A stretch of 46,504 nucleotides of DNA, counting the filler, from Catajapyx aquilonaris (lineage: Eukaryota), in NCBI GenBank assembly GCA_000934665.2. It is 2 parts of 2 records of this genome, joined end to end, with 100 filler letters (N's around TTAATTAATTAA, not from the genome) between each part and the next. Parts side by side here need not be neighbours in the genome. Positions count along the whole stretch, not along the records: positions 23,386 to 46,504 come from JYFJ02005740.1; 1 more part is not named here. One strand, written 5' to 3'. The notes beneath the pieces were generated by a model that had not been told where the DNA came from, did not search any database, and saw nothing but the letters and a program-made list of their open reading frames with translations. The position numbers and the translations under genes are program-made. Of the stretch, positions 45,009 through 46,504 are shown one piece after another. Every line of letters starts with the position of its first letter. Position 1 is the first letter of the stretch.

Positions 45009-45402
45009 CAGGGTGGACAAACTTCAAGTGTCGTTTTATAACGGCGATTAATAGCAGTGATTTTGCGATGACGTAGCAGCGACGTGTAAAATGTCCCACT
45101 TCGGCGCCATCGAAAATATTAGCTGCCAATAGCAGCACACATGTAATCAACCCTGCTGCTGGGTTGACCTGGAAAAAAGGAGGTGCACACATGACCTGCG
45201 ATGCGCCTGGGTGAAATGGGTGAAGCCCAAGGCACCAGATGGACCATGGACCTGTAATGCAAGGGGGAAGCCTGCAAACTAAACACAGCTAATATTTTCG
45301 ATGGCGCCGAAGTGGGCCATTTTACACGTTGTTGCTATGTCAATCGTAAAGCGCTTCTATTACTAGCCGTTATAAAACGACACTTGAAGTTGGTCCACCC
45401 TG
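45009..45402. mobile_element. Tc1/mariner-type MITE (same family as 19786-20173)
   Basis: TA TSD; TIR CAGGGTGGAC(A/C)AACTTCAAGTGTCGTTTTATAACGGC. Confidence 0.9.
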
Positions 45403-46504
45403 TATAAATGATCTGCTCTTTAAATAACATAGGCCTATAAATAGAAGATTTTGCGTATTTTTCCCGAAATCAGCATTAGAAAATACATAAGAAACACCTC
45501 TCACTTTGAGGAAAAAAATTTCATTGCAGGCCTGTGTTATTGACCTGTATTGTAATTCGACGGTTTTAGAGCAGTAATACTGCTTATCACAGTTGGTTCC
45601 ATTTTTCCTGTTGGCACTGTAGTACTGCCTCACTGTGCCCCAGACTAGCAAGGACTAACTTAAAAATTTCTTCTGAATATGAATTGTGACAAATGCTCTT
45701 TGCTCTGCTCTAATCTTGAAACTAGTGCAGACTCGCAACATGTTTCTGAACATAACCTCAAGTTTCCAGCAGAAGTATGAGTGGAGTGATGAGAAAAATT
45801 AGGCACTTCCTTCACATGGCTGGCTTTTACAGTTAACTGCTCTCAGACTTTTGCTGCAACCTTGTATTATGAGCCATATATCCTCTTGCAGGGCCCTGCA
45901 GAGCTTGTCTGAGGCCCGGGGCAGGATCATGTTAGAGGCCCCTTCTTATAACGACATAAAATGTACAAAGTCAGTCAATGAGATGCGCCAGTAGGTAGCC
46001 AACTGATTTCACTTGCACAAGCACAGAACAATATGCACACCCTGGAAAGGCAGCCAGTCGAGATGTGGAAAAGAGGAAAAGGGCTATAAATGCACACAAA
46101 TAGGGTGTTGGGGATCCGAGCCCCTACTATTGCAATGTCATGGCTTCTCTTGCACACATAGTATCTTAATTAATTAGGGGTTTTAATGCCCGACAGGAGG
46201 CATTTATAATAATTACAATATGTAACAAAAATCAACATTTTTGTTCTTGGAAATTAATCGCCATTTGTAGCCCTATGTTCCTTAGGTCATGGTAACTCAT
46301 AATGACCTATCATTCTGTCTGAATTTTGTCTTCAACGTTAATTGTGGCTGTCAAAGAACCAAAGTCCTCGAAATCAAGTGGGACGAAACATTGCTTGACC
46401 CTCTCGGATTTTGGTGGAAATAAACACAGAAGTGCACAACCATTCCATAATGCTAAATATCAAGTTTCATCCATATTGCTCAATACCGTGAGGAGGGATC
46501 AATT

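Noticed and set aside
45560..46160. Possible first ZAD exon
   Set aside because: No CRLC-type motif with a suitable donor found in the minus-strand frames

Overview
Eukaryotic, repeat-rich, intron-containing genomic DNA, most likely an insect or other arthropod (ZAD zinc-finger gene, MADF/Harbinger, irritans-type mariner). Two segments are joined at 23286-23385 by an N-run containing an artificial TTAATTAATTAA linker, so their adjacency is not established. Left segment: a 27-exon minus-strand gene (about 1,780 codons) for a TTC3/DZIP3-family RING-H2 E3 ligase with TPRs, the Cys-rich TTC3/DZIP3 domain, a coiled coil and, unusually, an RRM before the RING. Right segment: the 3' part of a minus-strand ZAD + 8xC2H2 zinc-finger gene. 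Introns and intergenic DNA hold many MITEs (Tc1/mariner-, piggyBac-, Harbinger-, hAT-, Kolobok- and P-like), tRNA-derived SINEs with intact TSDs, and a deleted mariner, often nested. The most unusual unexplained signal is a pair of TATA-preceded, about 200-225 nt sequences 20 kb apart (1715-1945 and 21796-22044). They share four colinear motifs and stems whose pairing is retained despite sequence change, suggesting a structured ncRNA family or related solo LTRs. All calls are by eye; no searches were run.
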